A stretch of 63,840 nucleotides of DNA, filler included, from Choristocarpus tenellus KU-1152 (GCA_964200185.2; 10 parts of 10 records of this genome joined end to end with filler, not necessarily neighbours in it), one strand, 5' to 3'. Shown: positions 1 to 12,547, counted from the first letter of the whole stretch. Notes: generated by a model not told the origin, from the sequence alone. A program made the numbers and translations.

Positions 1-2946
1 GTTACAAGGGACTATAACAGAGACAAGCATGGGAGGGGGTGCTGTAGGCGGACACTGTGAGGAGACTCTCAGTCTGCTAACAGCTGGGTGTGAGGCAAAT
101 GATTCTTCCCCGTGTCGTGATATGGGAGGGAAATGGTTTGAACAGTGTGATGGAATTGTCTTTGGACCCGGGTTACATCAGACTATTCAGTCACACCAAG
201 CGAAAAGGAATGGTCAGGAGCAAACAGCATTGGGTGAGGGAGTGAGACAGGGGGAAGGATTTGTTGAGAAACATACCTATTGGAATGCCCCTTTCCTGGA
301 CCAAAAACCAGTTCAAGGAGTGCATGAAGGGAGAAGTGCTTCTTTTTTTGGGAAGACTCGAAGGGATGACCATGAGGTGTGGCAAGTATCCCCCTTTAGA
401 AAGAGTTTTTGGCTTAGCTTCGTAGCACATCTACTTGGAGAGCATATATCCTGTAGTACTAATGTAGTGGCCACCTAGTACTCACAGTCCAGAAAAAAAA
501 CGGTACACCGTCTAACCCCGGTTATAGTCAGAATCCTGACCAACACATGGTCAGGTTGCTCTTGTTTTAATTTTCGTGACCTCACAATCAACTCCTACCT
601 AACGGTGTCTGTGTGGGTGTACCTACTTTGAAACTAGACACTACATTGGTCACCATGCCCCTGTCTCAAATTAAACCCATGCAACAAGTTCAACCAATAG
701 AAATGATACATGTTATTCTATAACCCATGAAGCTGTACCCCTTTCAGGAGTTGATAAGGTCAAGTGGGACGAACCAGCTCAATAACAGCACTCCAGAAAG
801 GTCTGCTTCCCACAATCAACTTCATCTCAACTGGAGCCTCCATGAGCAACCAAAGGTGACTCCTAGTTTGCTTTTTATGTACGGTATTTACGTTTCTTTT
901 TATCACACATAACATATTCTTTCTTCTATGTACTCCAACATAGAATAATTTATTTCTTCTGCAGTACACGACATGTTCACAGTTTGGTGATGTCGTCGGA
1001 TCTCCAATACCCCACAGATTGTAAGCTAATGTACGGTAGAGCTTGAAGTAGTAGTGTTCAAGTATGGTTCTTTTTCTCTCCTATTGTATCTTCATGAGGA
1101 TTTTTGAAGATCTAGCAGAAAAAAAGGGTGGAGAATTCAGGCCTTTGCTCTCATGCTTCTTGTAGGACGCATCAATTCTCCGGTTGTATATTTCTAGAAT
1201 GTACTGAATTGGGGTGCATTAAAGCGTTGTCCAGGATACTCAAAATGGGATTCGAATTCCTCGCCTGAAAATCATGAGGCGGCTGGCTCTCAGTTCATAT
1301 TTTGAATTCAGGGTGCAGATATCATGCGTCTGGCATCAGTGGTAGAATAGTATGATGTACTTGAACAGTCAAGGATTGTCATGGATGGTGGCTCAGACAT
1401 ACTACTTACAGCCTAAGCAAACGATGAGAGTGCACTTGAAAACGTATTTGCAACTGAGATTGCCATCCTCCCATGTCTGTATTTGCCACTCTAACTCTTT
1501 ACTTGATATCCTGTACTTCCGTGACAGCTGCAATCAACAAGCACATCTACACCAAGCAAGCTGAAACCTATCGTGAGTCCTCTTGTCCATCCTCCTTTGA
1601 GCACGATCAAGTTGCACAGGTCAGAGCTATCAAAATAAATAATAAGATTTCATCAAGCGATTGGGGATACTTGTAAGTTACTTGTACTCCACAATGTGCA
1701 ATAATCTTGTGAGATAAGGTTGAGATCACAGGTCATGTTCCCTGTACTATGACCATCTAGTGAGGTTTCTCTTTCTAATATCAAAACATGGACTAAGCAG
1801 GAACTCACTACAGAGTACAACACCTCTGGGTGGTTGTGGTTCCTTCAACGTTTTCATATTTTTATATCCAGTTCTGGGAGCAGTTACAATGATATGTGCA
1901 TGTGTATCCAAGCATGAGAAATTTGATAGGTGAATTTCTGAGTAGTATTTTACTTCTTCTGTGAGAGTGCCCATGCAAAGAGCAGGGTCTGAGTAGGCAA
2001 CAGTTTATACTTATTTTTTCACTTTGTGATGATGTGATATGATATTGTTCTACATGGCATCATTTTCCTTGTAGAGGTGGTGGCAAGAACATACTTCACT
2101 ATATTAATATCTCACATCAAAGACTAGGTAGAGGTTCGCAGTGGCTCGGAGTGATGTTGAGGTCATAATGTCTTCGAAATGTGTTTAGCGTGTATGTTAA
2201 AAAAAACCGGTGTCACATGAAATTTAATTTTTCTTGCCCCCTCCTGATATAGGCATTTGGAGTGTCAGATGGAACATGGTATTGTGACAATGCTGCCCTA
2301 ACCCTATTCACACAGGTGGACAGAAGGAGGCCAAAATGGTTCCCCAGTGGCCCTGTCATTTGAGGGACACAAAGCCCCACTCCAAGGTCAACAATTGGCT
2401 TTGTTGCCAGGGAATATGCAGGGAGGTCCTGCATCTCCATTCACCGCAAATAAGCTTCATGGTCAGTATGTACAGCAGAGGTTGTACTCGCAAGTACAGA
2501 AATCGGCAAGGGAGATAATTCCATTTTCACATCATCCTATCAATGGACTTCACAGAGAAAGATTCAAGAGGCAACATGATCAAGAAGAGATCGTGGGGAT
2601 GCGGGGGTCATCTGGGGGGGAAGTAGATGCCTTTGGGAGTCAGAGGCAGTCCAACAAAAGGTGCAAAGACAAGAGTATCGCACATTATCTTTTGTCAGCT
2701 AGGGAGGCTTTGGAGCTAGACCCTATCCGCCCCCCGACTCCACCTGTGCTCCTCTCGCCGAAAACCAATACTCTCCAGCAAACCACATCTGTGGTTGATC
2801 AGATTGGTGCCCATGTCACATGTGCTGGAACTACTGACAACAAACACAATGTTTGCCAAAGTCAGGAAAATATGAAAGAGGGGGATAGCACCAAGGGCGA
2901 TGGAGCTGTGGCAACAAGGCTAACATTTGATGAATGTTTCACATAA
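1..2946 (+). CDS. 3' part of an uncharacterised low-complexity multi-exon gene (putative)
   Basis: The frame is open from near the window start to a candidate donor at about 376-385. A putative terminal exon runs from about 2316 (cacacag|) to TAA at 2946, using ORF 2347-2946. No domain was recognised and internal exons are unresolved. Confidence 0.3.
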
Positions 2947-4043
2947 GCAGGTCAACAGTGATATATACATATATATATATGTATATATAGTGGGAGGGGC
3001 TGATATTATGATAGTATATTCCTGGGTCTCGGGATTGTTGAGTAGGAAGATGTCACTTCTTGTTGCAAAGTGGAATGAGTTCAGTCGAGATGCATAAAAG
3101 CGTATTGTTGTCTCACTGTCCATGAGGGCTTAGCATAGACATTCCTAGCCATGGCAGTATTGATGCATGGTATCTACGGATGAAAAGGTATAATAAATTT
3201 ACTAGATCAACTTACCATGTCAAATTGGGGAGTAGACAGCTAATGACCCTATGGGTGGCCTTGTGTTGCCGTGGACAGCAAGGAAAGATACATTTACCTC
3301 TTAATCCTCCCCTTCCTCTGTCATTAGTCAGGTGGGGCATAACGAGGGTTGTTGATGGCTATCACAGATTCAAAGGCAGGTTTTAGGCAGCACAACAATT
3401 GAGCCCAAGAATGTAAGAAAAAAGGTTGGTAGGCCAATTTAGAACAACCTCATCAACTGCACAAAAAGAGGGATTTTCCATTTTCTTGATAACACCTTGA
3501 CTTGCACTAAGCACTAGTTAACACTGGCTCAATATTAGAAGGTTTTCATTAGTATTCTCACCTGCAGATTCAACAACTTTGGTCCATCATCCATTTTGAC
3601 TGCTGCAGAATCCTAACACATTTCCAGCACTCAATGCCCAGGCCAATTGGATCCAATATGCCACTACTACTGTGTCCACATGTAATGCATTGCAGTCAAT
3701 ATCACTTTGTACTCACCTTTGCTTGTAAGGTCTGCAACACAAGACTTCCTGGCTTGATGTTCTCTACTTGCTCTTGAAGTATGTCTGAATAGACTTAAAA
3801 AAATTAATTCGAGCCTACCAAGAACAGGCTGCAGTGTCCCAGGCAGGATTCTTGAGCCCAGGATTGGACAAATGCACTAGGCAGTTTGTGCAGTTTAGAC
3901 TTTGGTTCAATTTCTACGTATTCTCTTGTTTAGGTAGAAGGGTGCTTGGCCTAAGCAATAGAAAATTATAGTCCGTAAAATTGTAGTGATTAAGAAAATA
4001 TACTAACAGAATGTTCCTTGAGAAAGGGTTACACAAAGTTTTC

Positions 4044-4966
4044 TCAGCAGGCACAAGAAGGCAGCCCTAGCATGGTACTTTCTTCATCATCAAACAACTT
4101 CATGTTTGAAGCTCTCCTTTTCCAATTCACATCTTCGCAACTACTGTCACGAAAGAAGAGACATTTGGCAATGGCTGCCAGTCCTGCTCTCCTTGCTGAC
4201 ATCTTACGAAGCACTGTGTCTTGGCGTTCACACAGGGTGGGTCGATCAGCTATTGCCTGCCATAGATTTGGTACACAAGACAGTATACAAGAGAGAAGAA
4301 CGATCTCAAAGCTGCAAAGAACACTGAGCAGAATAGATTACAAGTGGTTAACTGAACAACTGATGTGTTTGTCCACCTTCTTCTTCCAACATCTAGCAGA
4401 TACATTCTGGTTTGTTACGTCAAGAGTAGTTGTTTGCTGTATCTCAGTGTTATGAAACAAGGTATCATTAATTGTATGGTGTGCCTATCCTTCTTCTCAT
4501 ATGTAACCCAGAAACCTAGACTCCATCTGACCTTTTTTAACCTGGCCTTATTCTCCTTCACAGCCCGTTGGAACCTAGCTTTTGATTCTTGAGCCTTGCA
4601 TTGTGCAGCCATAGCAGTGTCCTTTCTATTGAACCCATTCGGCTGCCTTTCCAGTGCCTGCATCGCCCTGCCAAGTGTCAGGCCCATCTCTGCTTCACTA
4701 GCTTGCCGTTTGGCTTGAAGTGCCACTTCACGAGTGCTCTCTACCCTCTCTTTCTCCAGCTTTGCCTGAATTTTGGCATTTCTGAGCAGCTGGCTATGGG
4801 TTGTCCGGGGGATGGTGGGTACAGGTGCAAAGAAGGCATTTTCTTTCCTATGTCTTTCTTGCTGGTGTTCCTGTCGTTCTTCCTCCTCCTCTTTTATTTG
4901 CTTTCTCTGAGACCGCTCTTGTGCCCTTCTCCGATACTCTACTTCCCTCATTTCCATAGGAAGCAT
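4044..4966 (-). CDS. FAM161-like (UPF0564) coiled-coil protein, 3' exons; 5' part lost at gap
   Basis: Exon 4966-4532 (cag|ATG ... AAG|gtcaga, 145 codons) is a charged coiled coil containing FFAPVPTIPRTT. Exon 4256-4044 (cag|GCA ... TGA) reads AIADRPTLCERQ..ARRA, resembling the FAM161 C-terminal RPLLFE..AR motif. Phases are consistent. Confidence 0.55.
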
Positions 4967-5115
4967 CTGTTGCTTATAAGATGGGGTTTGGCATCATTTA
5001 TCATGGGAAAGCTTACAGGTCATATGCGTGCAGTAATTTCAGAGTAACATATTGAGGAGTACTTCAATATACTTAGTGCATTTTGGGGGTTGTTTGCATA
5101 TTGCCTGCAGGAAAG

Positions 5116-5145
5116 TGACCCAAACTATCTGGGGGGGTGGGGGGG
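5116..5145. mobile_element. MITE family B, end fragment at contig edge
   Basis: gacccaaactatct followed by a G-tract running into the gap; matches the family-B terminus (CAAAGTATCTGGGG). Confidence 0.55.
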
Positions 5146-5245
5146 NNNNNNNNNNNNNNNNNNNNNNNNNNNNNNNNNNNNNNNNNNNNTTAATTAATTA
5201 ANNNNNNNNNNNNNNNNNNNNNNNNNNNNNNNNNNNNNNNNNNNN
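5146..5245. other. Artificial assembly spacer N44-TTAATTAATTAA-N44 (1 of 9)
   Basis: Identical 100-nt spacers occur at 5146-5245, 12448-12547, 17319-17418, 25470-25569, 39292-39391, 43225-43324, 48495-48594, 51293-51392 and 58095-58194. TTAATTAATTAA places stops in all six frames. Confidence 0.97.
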
Positions 5246-5316
5246 AGAAAAAAAAAAAAAAAGAAAAGAAAAAAAAAGGAGAGAGGAGGAAAGGGGCGGT
5301 GAAAGCGCGGCGGGGC

Positions 5317-5347
<31 letters not shown>

Positions 5348-5636
5348 CACCAAGCAGGGAGATTTTCGCAGTGCAGTACATGTTTAATTTTTCAGCTGGG
5401 GAGCATATACAAATGGATTTTCACCATAGATAAGGAGTACATGTATACAGCTGATCATGAACCAGAGTTTTTGAAGCGCTGCTCACCCTTTGTCGGCTAG
5501 GTGGCATAATGGTCGTCCTTCAATGCTTTCTGGGTTCTGTTCTTGCCAAGCAATGTTCTGTTTCTCCTTTTTTTTCAGAAAAAAAAATCAACCAGGTAAT
5601 TGATTTCTGTAAACGTTTTTCTCGTCTTCATGACAG

Positions 5637-6190
5637 GGTACCTGTCTCATGCCAAAGAAAACACCCTGAGTTGGTGTATGTAAAAGTGACAGGTAAGGTA
5701 AGACAAAAGGAAAACACTCCACGCAAATCACCACCCTCGACTGCAGTTTGTGAATGGAATGACCGCGTTACTGTTCTAGCACTCAGTTTGGAATGATATG
5801 ACACAACTTATTCAATTGTATCAAAACGTGCAGGCAGTGCATGAGTTGAGGGCACAGAAAGTCGTGCATTGAGATGTTACTGTGAGGGACCTCGGTTGTT
5901 CCGAGGAATACAAAAACAAAACGTGCACCCAAAAATAATCGACTGGCCGACAGCGTTCAATCAAAATGTTGATTGCGCTTTGATTAAAATAGTTCACTCG
6001 AATATATAATTGCACTTCGCAACATTATTCGATTGTGTCGTACAAATTTTCCAACACAGGTGGAGGGACAACTATTTGTGAAATCCGTGAAATCTGCACA
6101 ACTCTGATCTATGGCATGGGTGACAATGGGACGGGCTTCTCACTTGCTTTAAAGAGAGACCCAACTATCCAAGAGGTCATTGCTGCTTGA
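5637..6190 (+). CDS. 3' exons of an unknown gene, convergent with CTF8
   Basis: Exon 5637-5692 (gacag| ... ag|gtaagg) and exon 6060-6190 (cacag| ... TGA) join in phase to give VPVSCQRKHPELVYVKVTGGGTTICEIREICTTLIYGMG...EVIAA*. The upstream exon near 5396-5501 is unresolved. Confidence 0.4.
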
Positions 6191-6302
6191 GGAGTCACTC
6201 GAGTCTCTATAGTGCTCTCTTCAAGCAAAATACGATCAACCCTCCCAAATATAGTTCACCCTGGAAACAACCAACAAACATTATTACCCACTCTCACGCA
6301 TA

Positions 6303-7065
6303 TCAAATCCCACCTTTAGGTATTATCTTTCGTATTAGCGGTTTCGGTCTAGTCTTGAAAATTGTCTTGCGTATAACCTTTCCCACTATGCGGTATTCCA
6401 CTCGTCTATGCTCATTCTTGTCATCTCCCTGCAGCCTGGCTTGTCCGTCCCTGCTCCCTCCAACTCCACTTTCCCCTTCCACGGCAGTGGTGATCTTTCT
6501 CAAGACGAGAAGTGGCTTTGGCTCGGCGACCATCTTCCCTTCTAGCTTATGATTTCCTATCACCAAGATCGGCTTGCCCTTGTCCACAAAAAGATTCGTG
6601 TGTAGGTGGAGATCGGCAACATTTGAAAAAGGGACTTGAAGTGCATGGCAGCGGCATATATTTTGTGATGGTGGGCCAATGGACAATTAAAGGCTTTTTG
6701 CAATGAGAAGAATTGAGAACCCGGAAATGGACAGGGGGTTCAATCAGTTGACTACGAGTCCCATACTTCTTCGTGTAAAACTCTTCAAGCAATAAGCTGG
6801 GTGTGGCCAACTAGTGGAGGTGTGAAAGGTCAGTCAGCAAATGTCAGTCGCAAGAGTAAGTTTTCACTGCTCTCACATTCTCTGTTGTCATATTTCCCAA
6901 GTGTTGCCCAGACAATGGCGACTGACTGACCACCTCTCCCTGCAGCTCTACCATAGACCATGAGGGCACCTTTCTTCTAGATGTTTCTTTCCCGTCTACC
7001 CTGCTAACCTCGGCCTCCAAAGATTTGTCTCGCGCACTCTCCTCGATAGTGATAGGTATTATCAT
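6303..7065 (-). CDS. CTF8: Chromosome transmission fidelity protein 8 (Ctf18-RFC module subunit), 154 aa
   Basis: Exon 1 is 7065-6877 (ATG...AAT|gtgaga) and exon 2 is 6578-6303 (aag|GGC...TGA). Motifs WSMVELQGE, LGNM, PILVIGNHKLEGKMV..KPLLVL and YRIVGKVIRKTIFKTRPKPLI match the Ctf8 family. Confidence 0.9.
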
Positions 7066-7274
7066 CTTGCGAGATAGGAGCTGGATGGGTGTGTGCCCTC
7101 TCCTGACGACAAGGACAAGGTGATACTTGATCTTTTGATTTTGATTTCTCATTACTAACAAGGTGTAGAAACACAAATTTGAAATCATCGCGTACTTCCT
7201 CGCGCAACAAAAAGGGTATATATAAGAACAAGACGGTGTTGGATTTTAATGAGAGACAAAAGGACTCTTGCTAT

Positions 7275-7448
7275 GATTCAGTGTGTGTGGGGGGTGGGCT
7301 GTCCATTTGGGGTCAATTTTTCCATGTCATAATTTTTTGGTGATTTGGTTGCAAGCGTCGGATGGATAATATAAGTGTATTTCTCTTGGTCAGGGTCCGA
7401 ATGGACACCCTGGTGTTGACCCCCCCCCCCCCATAGTTACTTTGATCT
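7275..7448. mobile_element. MITE family B, near-complete copy
   Basis: G-rich arm plus GTCCATTTGGGG, then the interior (TTGGTGATTTGGTTGC...GGATAAT), then ATGGACACCCTGGTGTTGAC, a C-tract and agttactttgatc. Homologous to the copies at 25.6, 43.3, 48.7, 51.4 and 58.2 kb. Confidence 0.8.
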
Positions 7449-8031
7449 TAATTTGCAATTACTTTTCAACATTCACGTCAAGGACCATGTTAAACCTGTA
7501 AAAACATATTAGGGCAGGCAGCCCCGAAGGCAACCAACAACCGACCCCAAAAGAAGGTTTCAAGCAAGCTCTCAAATCAACTTCCTCTTTCCTATCCTCA
7601 ACCAGTCGTAAGTGACACAACAAGCTGAAGTAAAATAAAACTTGATTCTCATATATTGAATTGTACCATGCCACCACACCTCGTGACACTGGCCCATTCC
7701 ACATCAGCGTCTACATGTATATCTGAGGATCAAAACAAAGAGAACACGGACATGACGGTGCGACATTACGACAGCAGTGAATAATGTCAAGACTACCACC
7801 ACAATTGTTTTCTGGGACCTCCAAACTCCGACAAATTGACGCTAAATTACTCACAAGACATTTACATACATAGCTATATCGACAACCCCCAGTATAAATA
7901 ATGGTGCAAGGCTGCACACTCTAAGCTCATAATCCTCTCACGGTCTTCACACCTATTATCTATTAACCTTTCTACCAAGAGGAGTGTCTTACATCAAGCC
8001 TGTGGAATTTACTACTTTTACTCCTAATAAT

Positions 8032-8267
8032 GAGTGAAAGTATCTTAGAGGGTATGAGTATTGCCCTGTTTGTCCGTTTGGGGCTTGGCTTCCCAAAGGT
8101 TTTTTTGTGACATTTTACCTACTCCGAAAATGTTATGAAAAGGTGTGTCCAGAGCAAGGATATTGATACTTCCTGATAAACACGATAGCCAAAATTACAC
8201 CAAAATCACATCGTTGGATTTTGGTCCCCAAATGGACGCAGCTCTACCCTCTAAGATACTTTGACTC
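8032..8267. mobile_element. MITE family A, copy 1
   Basis: TIR GAGTGAAAGTATCTTAGAGGGTA ... TACCCTCTAAGATACTTTGACTC; the interior is homologous to seven other copies in the window. Confidence 0.9.
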
Positions 8268-8282
8268 AAAATTGTAACCACT

Positions 8283-8447
8283 ATATCGGGTATTGTTGCT
8301 CAACAAGCATAGGGATCTGCTCCGTTAATTTTACTGGGTCATTGAGCAAGATATTTACGAGCAAGGAATGGAACCAAGTGTCAGAATATGCTTATTTTGC
8401 CCTGGCTTAGCAAGCTCCCCCTTCCAGGTTGAGCAAGGGTCGATAGT
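8283..8447. repeat. Small inverted-repeat-bounded element
   Basis: Left atatcgggtattgttgctcaac and right gttgagcaagggtcgatag form an imperfect inverted pair; the GAGCAAG motif recurs inside. Confidence 0.35.
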
Positions 8448-9402
8448 CCAATTAGGGATGATGAAGACTGAGGACCTCACCTGAGCAAATCGTTGCAACT
8501 AGGTAATGTCCGGTTTCTATCATCACCAAATCCATAGGCTTTAGACACAGGGAACAATTTGGGCTGTATACCAACAATATACAGAGAAAATGGACCACGT
8601 TTGGGTGTAATGGAAAGAAAAACACAAGATCACAGGTTGTATAAGATATGATTCTTGCGTGTTGAAGATGAACAGCTAAACAGTCTTCAAAAAGCTTTGT
8701 CCAATAACGCCATATAGTGACAAGATCCTCATGCAAGTAGAAGAAAGGTCAGGTCAAGGCCTACTTGCTGCAGAACAGGTCCTTACTCTGTAAATTCTGG
8801 CGAGCCTATCTTCAATTCACATCGAGTCTTTCTTTTGTAAGCATATTGGGTAGATTGCCCATAGGAAACTACAAGACATGCAAAGCAAGCCTCAAAAGAA
8901 ACATATTTCCTATTCTCCAATTAGATTGACCACAACTCAGTGAACGAATGTGGTAATAGTCCCATCATGAGTACACGTATTGACTTGTTGAGAGGACCTT
9001 TGATATAGGACATATTTTAGGGACTATAGTCGGGACCACTCGATCTATTTTGATGTGTTGTTTGTATTGGATGGTTGGGAAGGCCAGAGATCCGCAGCAG
9101 CAACGCACAACATCAGCATTGCCATCAGCCAAATATCATCACCTCATCACCACCACACCCTTCTTCTTTGCAACCTACTTCTTGGCACTCAAATTGGACA
9201 ATACCGCCAGGATGTCCTTTGAGGCGTACGATGTGGGCGCTGGGGGCAAGCACTTCCCATCATCGGACTTCCAACTCACGGAAAAGGTCGGAAATGAGAC
9301 CTGCAGGTTCCACACTCTAATTGACGCAACCAGAAGAACTGAGTATGGTCTGCACTTCATTTTTATTATTGCTGTGTTCATATCCATGCCCCAGACAACC
9401 TG

Positions 9403-10439
9403 TGTTACAGCACACTCCAGAAGCTTACCTCCACAGGATGTATTGTTACAGGCGATATATCTTGAAGCTCCAGTCCACAAGCCTATAGATGACGATGATG
9501 CACATGAAGAACTCCTGATGCACAAGTCGTCAAGTATGCTGGATCTCTCATTTGGATTATTCCCTTCGTAAGTATCAATATCATCATATAAAAAGGAACT
9601 GGCAACGATGTACCACCTAAACATATGATAATAACAAAATAACAAATAAATAGTCAAGAAGTACAAATATATCAAATCTAGGACTTCAAGGTCATAATGG
9701 TGTTTATGAAACCGCCAACAAGACATATCGCCTGTAACACCTTTGACCCAGGCGAAAAAGTTGTGACAAGACAACCAGGATAGGGCACTACAGGCCTCTC
9801 ACACGCGTAGCTTCTCTGTATGCAGGAAATGGGGGATGAGTGGCTGCGCCGGGTTGTCCGTGTTGAAATTTGACCTTCAAAGTGCCTAACCGGCAATTCC
9901 TACCCATTGAAGTCACCTCAGGCTAGGGCCCTGCCAGAAAATATAAAAAAAGGATCACCTTTTGGGTCCAACCATCTGTTACAGCGCGCCCCCGAACTCA
10001 CCTCCACAGGATATGCAACTCAAATCCAACGACCTTCAAACGACGCTAACAGGGTTCCACAGATGATGAACACGTATGGTGCCAGTTGACGCTTAACTCA
10101 GTCGATGTCTCGCTTTTCGCTTTATCAAAAGAGGGTAAGAATCAAAGAACTGAGTCGTGTGGTCAGCAACTCAGCCTTTTTTTAACATCATTCACCTTTT
10201 TTCTTCAGCCAAAGAGATAAATGAAGTCTGCAAACTGCTGTGTAAATACTCCAATCATAAATCTTTAATCTGCAACTTTCAGGAATTGACATCTATTCTG
10301 TAATATTATGTATGCATTTCGAATCTTACTCTGCATCTTCTATCAATTCAAAGTTGCTCTTATATGAATTCTTACGTATGTATACTGTTCGCGCATTTTG
10401 GCATGCAGAAAGAAATGCTCACACTATTCGCCTGTAACA
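9403..10439. mobile_element. Composite LTR-like/TRIM-like element with TGTTACAG...CTGTAACA termini
   Basis: TGTTACAG starts at 9403, 9444 and 9977; CGCCTGTAACA ends at 9739 and 10439. 9403-9443 resembles 9977-10016 and 48425-48463. The segment 9444-9739 has 21-bp inverted ends with one mismatch. Confidence 0.55.
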
Positions 10440-10462
10440 TGCCCCCCAGCGTGAACTAGCAA

Positions 10463-11226
10463 TACATGTTTCACGCTTACCGCAGGCGATTGTCACCTAT
10501 GAAGGTAATAGATATCTTCAATCACCTCAGATCATCCTGTGGCAAGGAGAAAGAAAGAAGAAAAAAAACCCTAACTCCTACTAGGCCCAAAACATGTATC
10601 CCTATCAACTTGGAGAAATCTGTCTGCACCTAGCCTAATCGGAGTATACATTCACTCTTTCTAGAGTACAGCTACCCTAAGGTGCCAAGTATCATCTGAT
10701 TATTGCCTGTCTCTTGCCCCCCATGCACGAAGCAGACGACAGCTGCTAGTGCATAAAACAGGCAATAACATCAACATCAGCGACAACAATAAAAGAAAAG
10801 ACTGAAGAAAGATAGAACAAAACAAGGAATTAAGGGGATCAGGTACCTATTCGGATAAAAGAGGAGAGAAAAAAAGGTTAAGCAAGGGATAGGGGAAAAA
10901 AATTGAAAAAAATCCAAAAAAAACAAAAGAAAATAAATAATAAAACGAAAGAATAATATAAAATAAAAGGGGGGAAAAAAATCCACGGAATAAAGGGGCT
11001 CAGGTACCCGATATACAAATAAAAATTACTCAAAAACACAAATGACAAATAAAATAAAAATTCAAAACATCTTACATAAATTACTATCTGTTCTGATATG
11101 GGTTACTTCATGGTTCCAACTTCTGCTATCCTACGATGCAGGGACTACCTGTTTCACGCTTACCACAGGCAATAATCATTATCTGGATAGTAAATATCCA
11201 TCACCTTAGATCATGCTGCGGTGGCA
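10463..11226. repeat. Pair of diverged ~80-bp direct repeats
   Basis: tgtttcacgcttacc.caggc.at...atcacct.agatcat occurs at about 10463-10545 and about 11146-11226, bracketing an A-rich interior. Confidence 0.6.
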
Positions 11227-11245
11227 TGCCTAATTGCCCTTTGGT

Positions 11246-11453
11246 AACATAGGGGCTTCAGTTCCGACTCTGCCAGTTGTTTCGAACATAGGGACTCCAG
11301 TTCCGACTCTGTTTCGGCTCTGCTAGTTGTTTCCAACATAGGGGTTCCAGTTCCAACTCTGCCAGTTGTTTCCAACATAGGGACTCCAGTTCCGACTCTG
11401 TTCCGACTCTGTTCCGACTCTGCCAGTTGTTTCCAACGCCGGAACTCCAGTTC
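11246..11453. repeat. Minisatellite, 39-bp unit with nested 11-bp subunit
   Basis: Unit AACATAGGGACTCCAGTTCCGACTCTGCCAGTTGTTTCC starts at 11246, 11285, 11335, 11374 and 11435 (spacings 39, 50, 39, 61). The extra length comes from additional TTCCGACTCTG copies. Confidence 0.9.
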
Positions 11454-11739
11454 AAACTAAACCCGTGGATTCCAACAATGGTCAACATATCTCCTTGTTT
11501 CTTTTGAGACTGTGGAAAGGGGTTAAGTTATTGATGCGTGGACGCGATGCTTGAACGTGTTGAGCTGTTACAACTGCTATTGGAATCCTCGCAAAGTCTG
11601 GTGCGCTGTAACACATCCTCTTCATTTCATTTACGACAAAATTGATAGGAATCTGGTAGAAAGGAAGGAGGGACTGTTGATGTCATAAAAATATCCACAG
11701 GTAATTTTGCGCCTTTAAAGAGCTATTTTTAACTTCGCC

Positions 11740-11960
11740 TTGATCTGGGGACTATCCTAAGACATGATCAGAGGCACCACTACACACTGTGCCATTATAG
11801 TTTTCTTTCTACAGTAGTTATGATTGCAGCTACCTGTTGTAGTACGACTACTTGCACTGCCTCCGTTTGAGCTATACTTCTCCCATTTGGTGTTCAAAAA
11901 TCCAACAGCTTGTTCCTCCGCATCCTCAAATCTTGTGTTGGACCCGCCTCACTCAGTGTC
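11740..11960. repeat. Dispersed repeat family E fragment
   Basis: Shares ctacctgttg..gtacgact..tg.actgcc and ctcaaatcttgtg motifs with 19650-19840 and 47190-47645. Confidence 0.5.
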
Positions 11961-12547
11961 CGCTCAGAGATGAAGCGTTGTCACCTTGTTCTCCCAGTGT
12001 TATTATATATAGATAGAGGAGCAGGTAAGATATCATTCTTATGAGTAGCGGTAGAGATGTACACAATCCGTAGTGGTTGTCATGTGAACTCTGGGTAATA
12101 GAGACCGTGTTTCCATGGAAAGAGGTCCACTGCTGATGGGGTTCGAGACGCGAATTTGGTCCAGTCAGCAAAACTCCTTAAAACAGCCGATCATCAAAAT
12201 TGAGGATGGAGCTTTTTATTGAGGATGAGCAAGACCCGGAATGGTGCGCGGAAAATGCATATATTTTTTTGGTCAACAATATTTCGGTGCTTGTGGAGGG
12301 CACTGCTACGATTTGGAAGCGACCTCGACCAAGCCAAAGGTACAAGGGCAGACGGCCCCCTGGGGGGGGAGCCGGTAACAGTTTGGAATGCTTATACGTA
12401 TCATACACTACATATTGTATTATACAATACATACACACACATACGTCNNNNNNNNNNNNNNNNNNNNNNNNNNNNNNNNNNNNNNNNNNNNTTAATTAAT
12501 TAANNNNNNNNNNNNNNNNNNNNNNNNNNNNNNNNNNNNNNNNNNNN

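Noticed and set aside
4018-5047. Plus-strand ORFs 4018-4455 and 4589-5047
   Set aside because: They are antisense shadows of the FAM161-like exons.
9050-9571. 173-aa ORF or two-exon gene
   Set aside because: Its second half overlaps the TGTTACAG repeat modules and no domain is recognisable. Exonisation cannot be excluded.
11246-11453. CRISPR-like array
   Set aside because: There are no unique spacers; length variation comes from an internal 11-bp repeat, and no cas genes are present.
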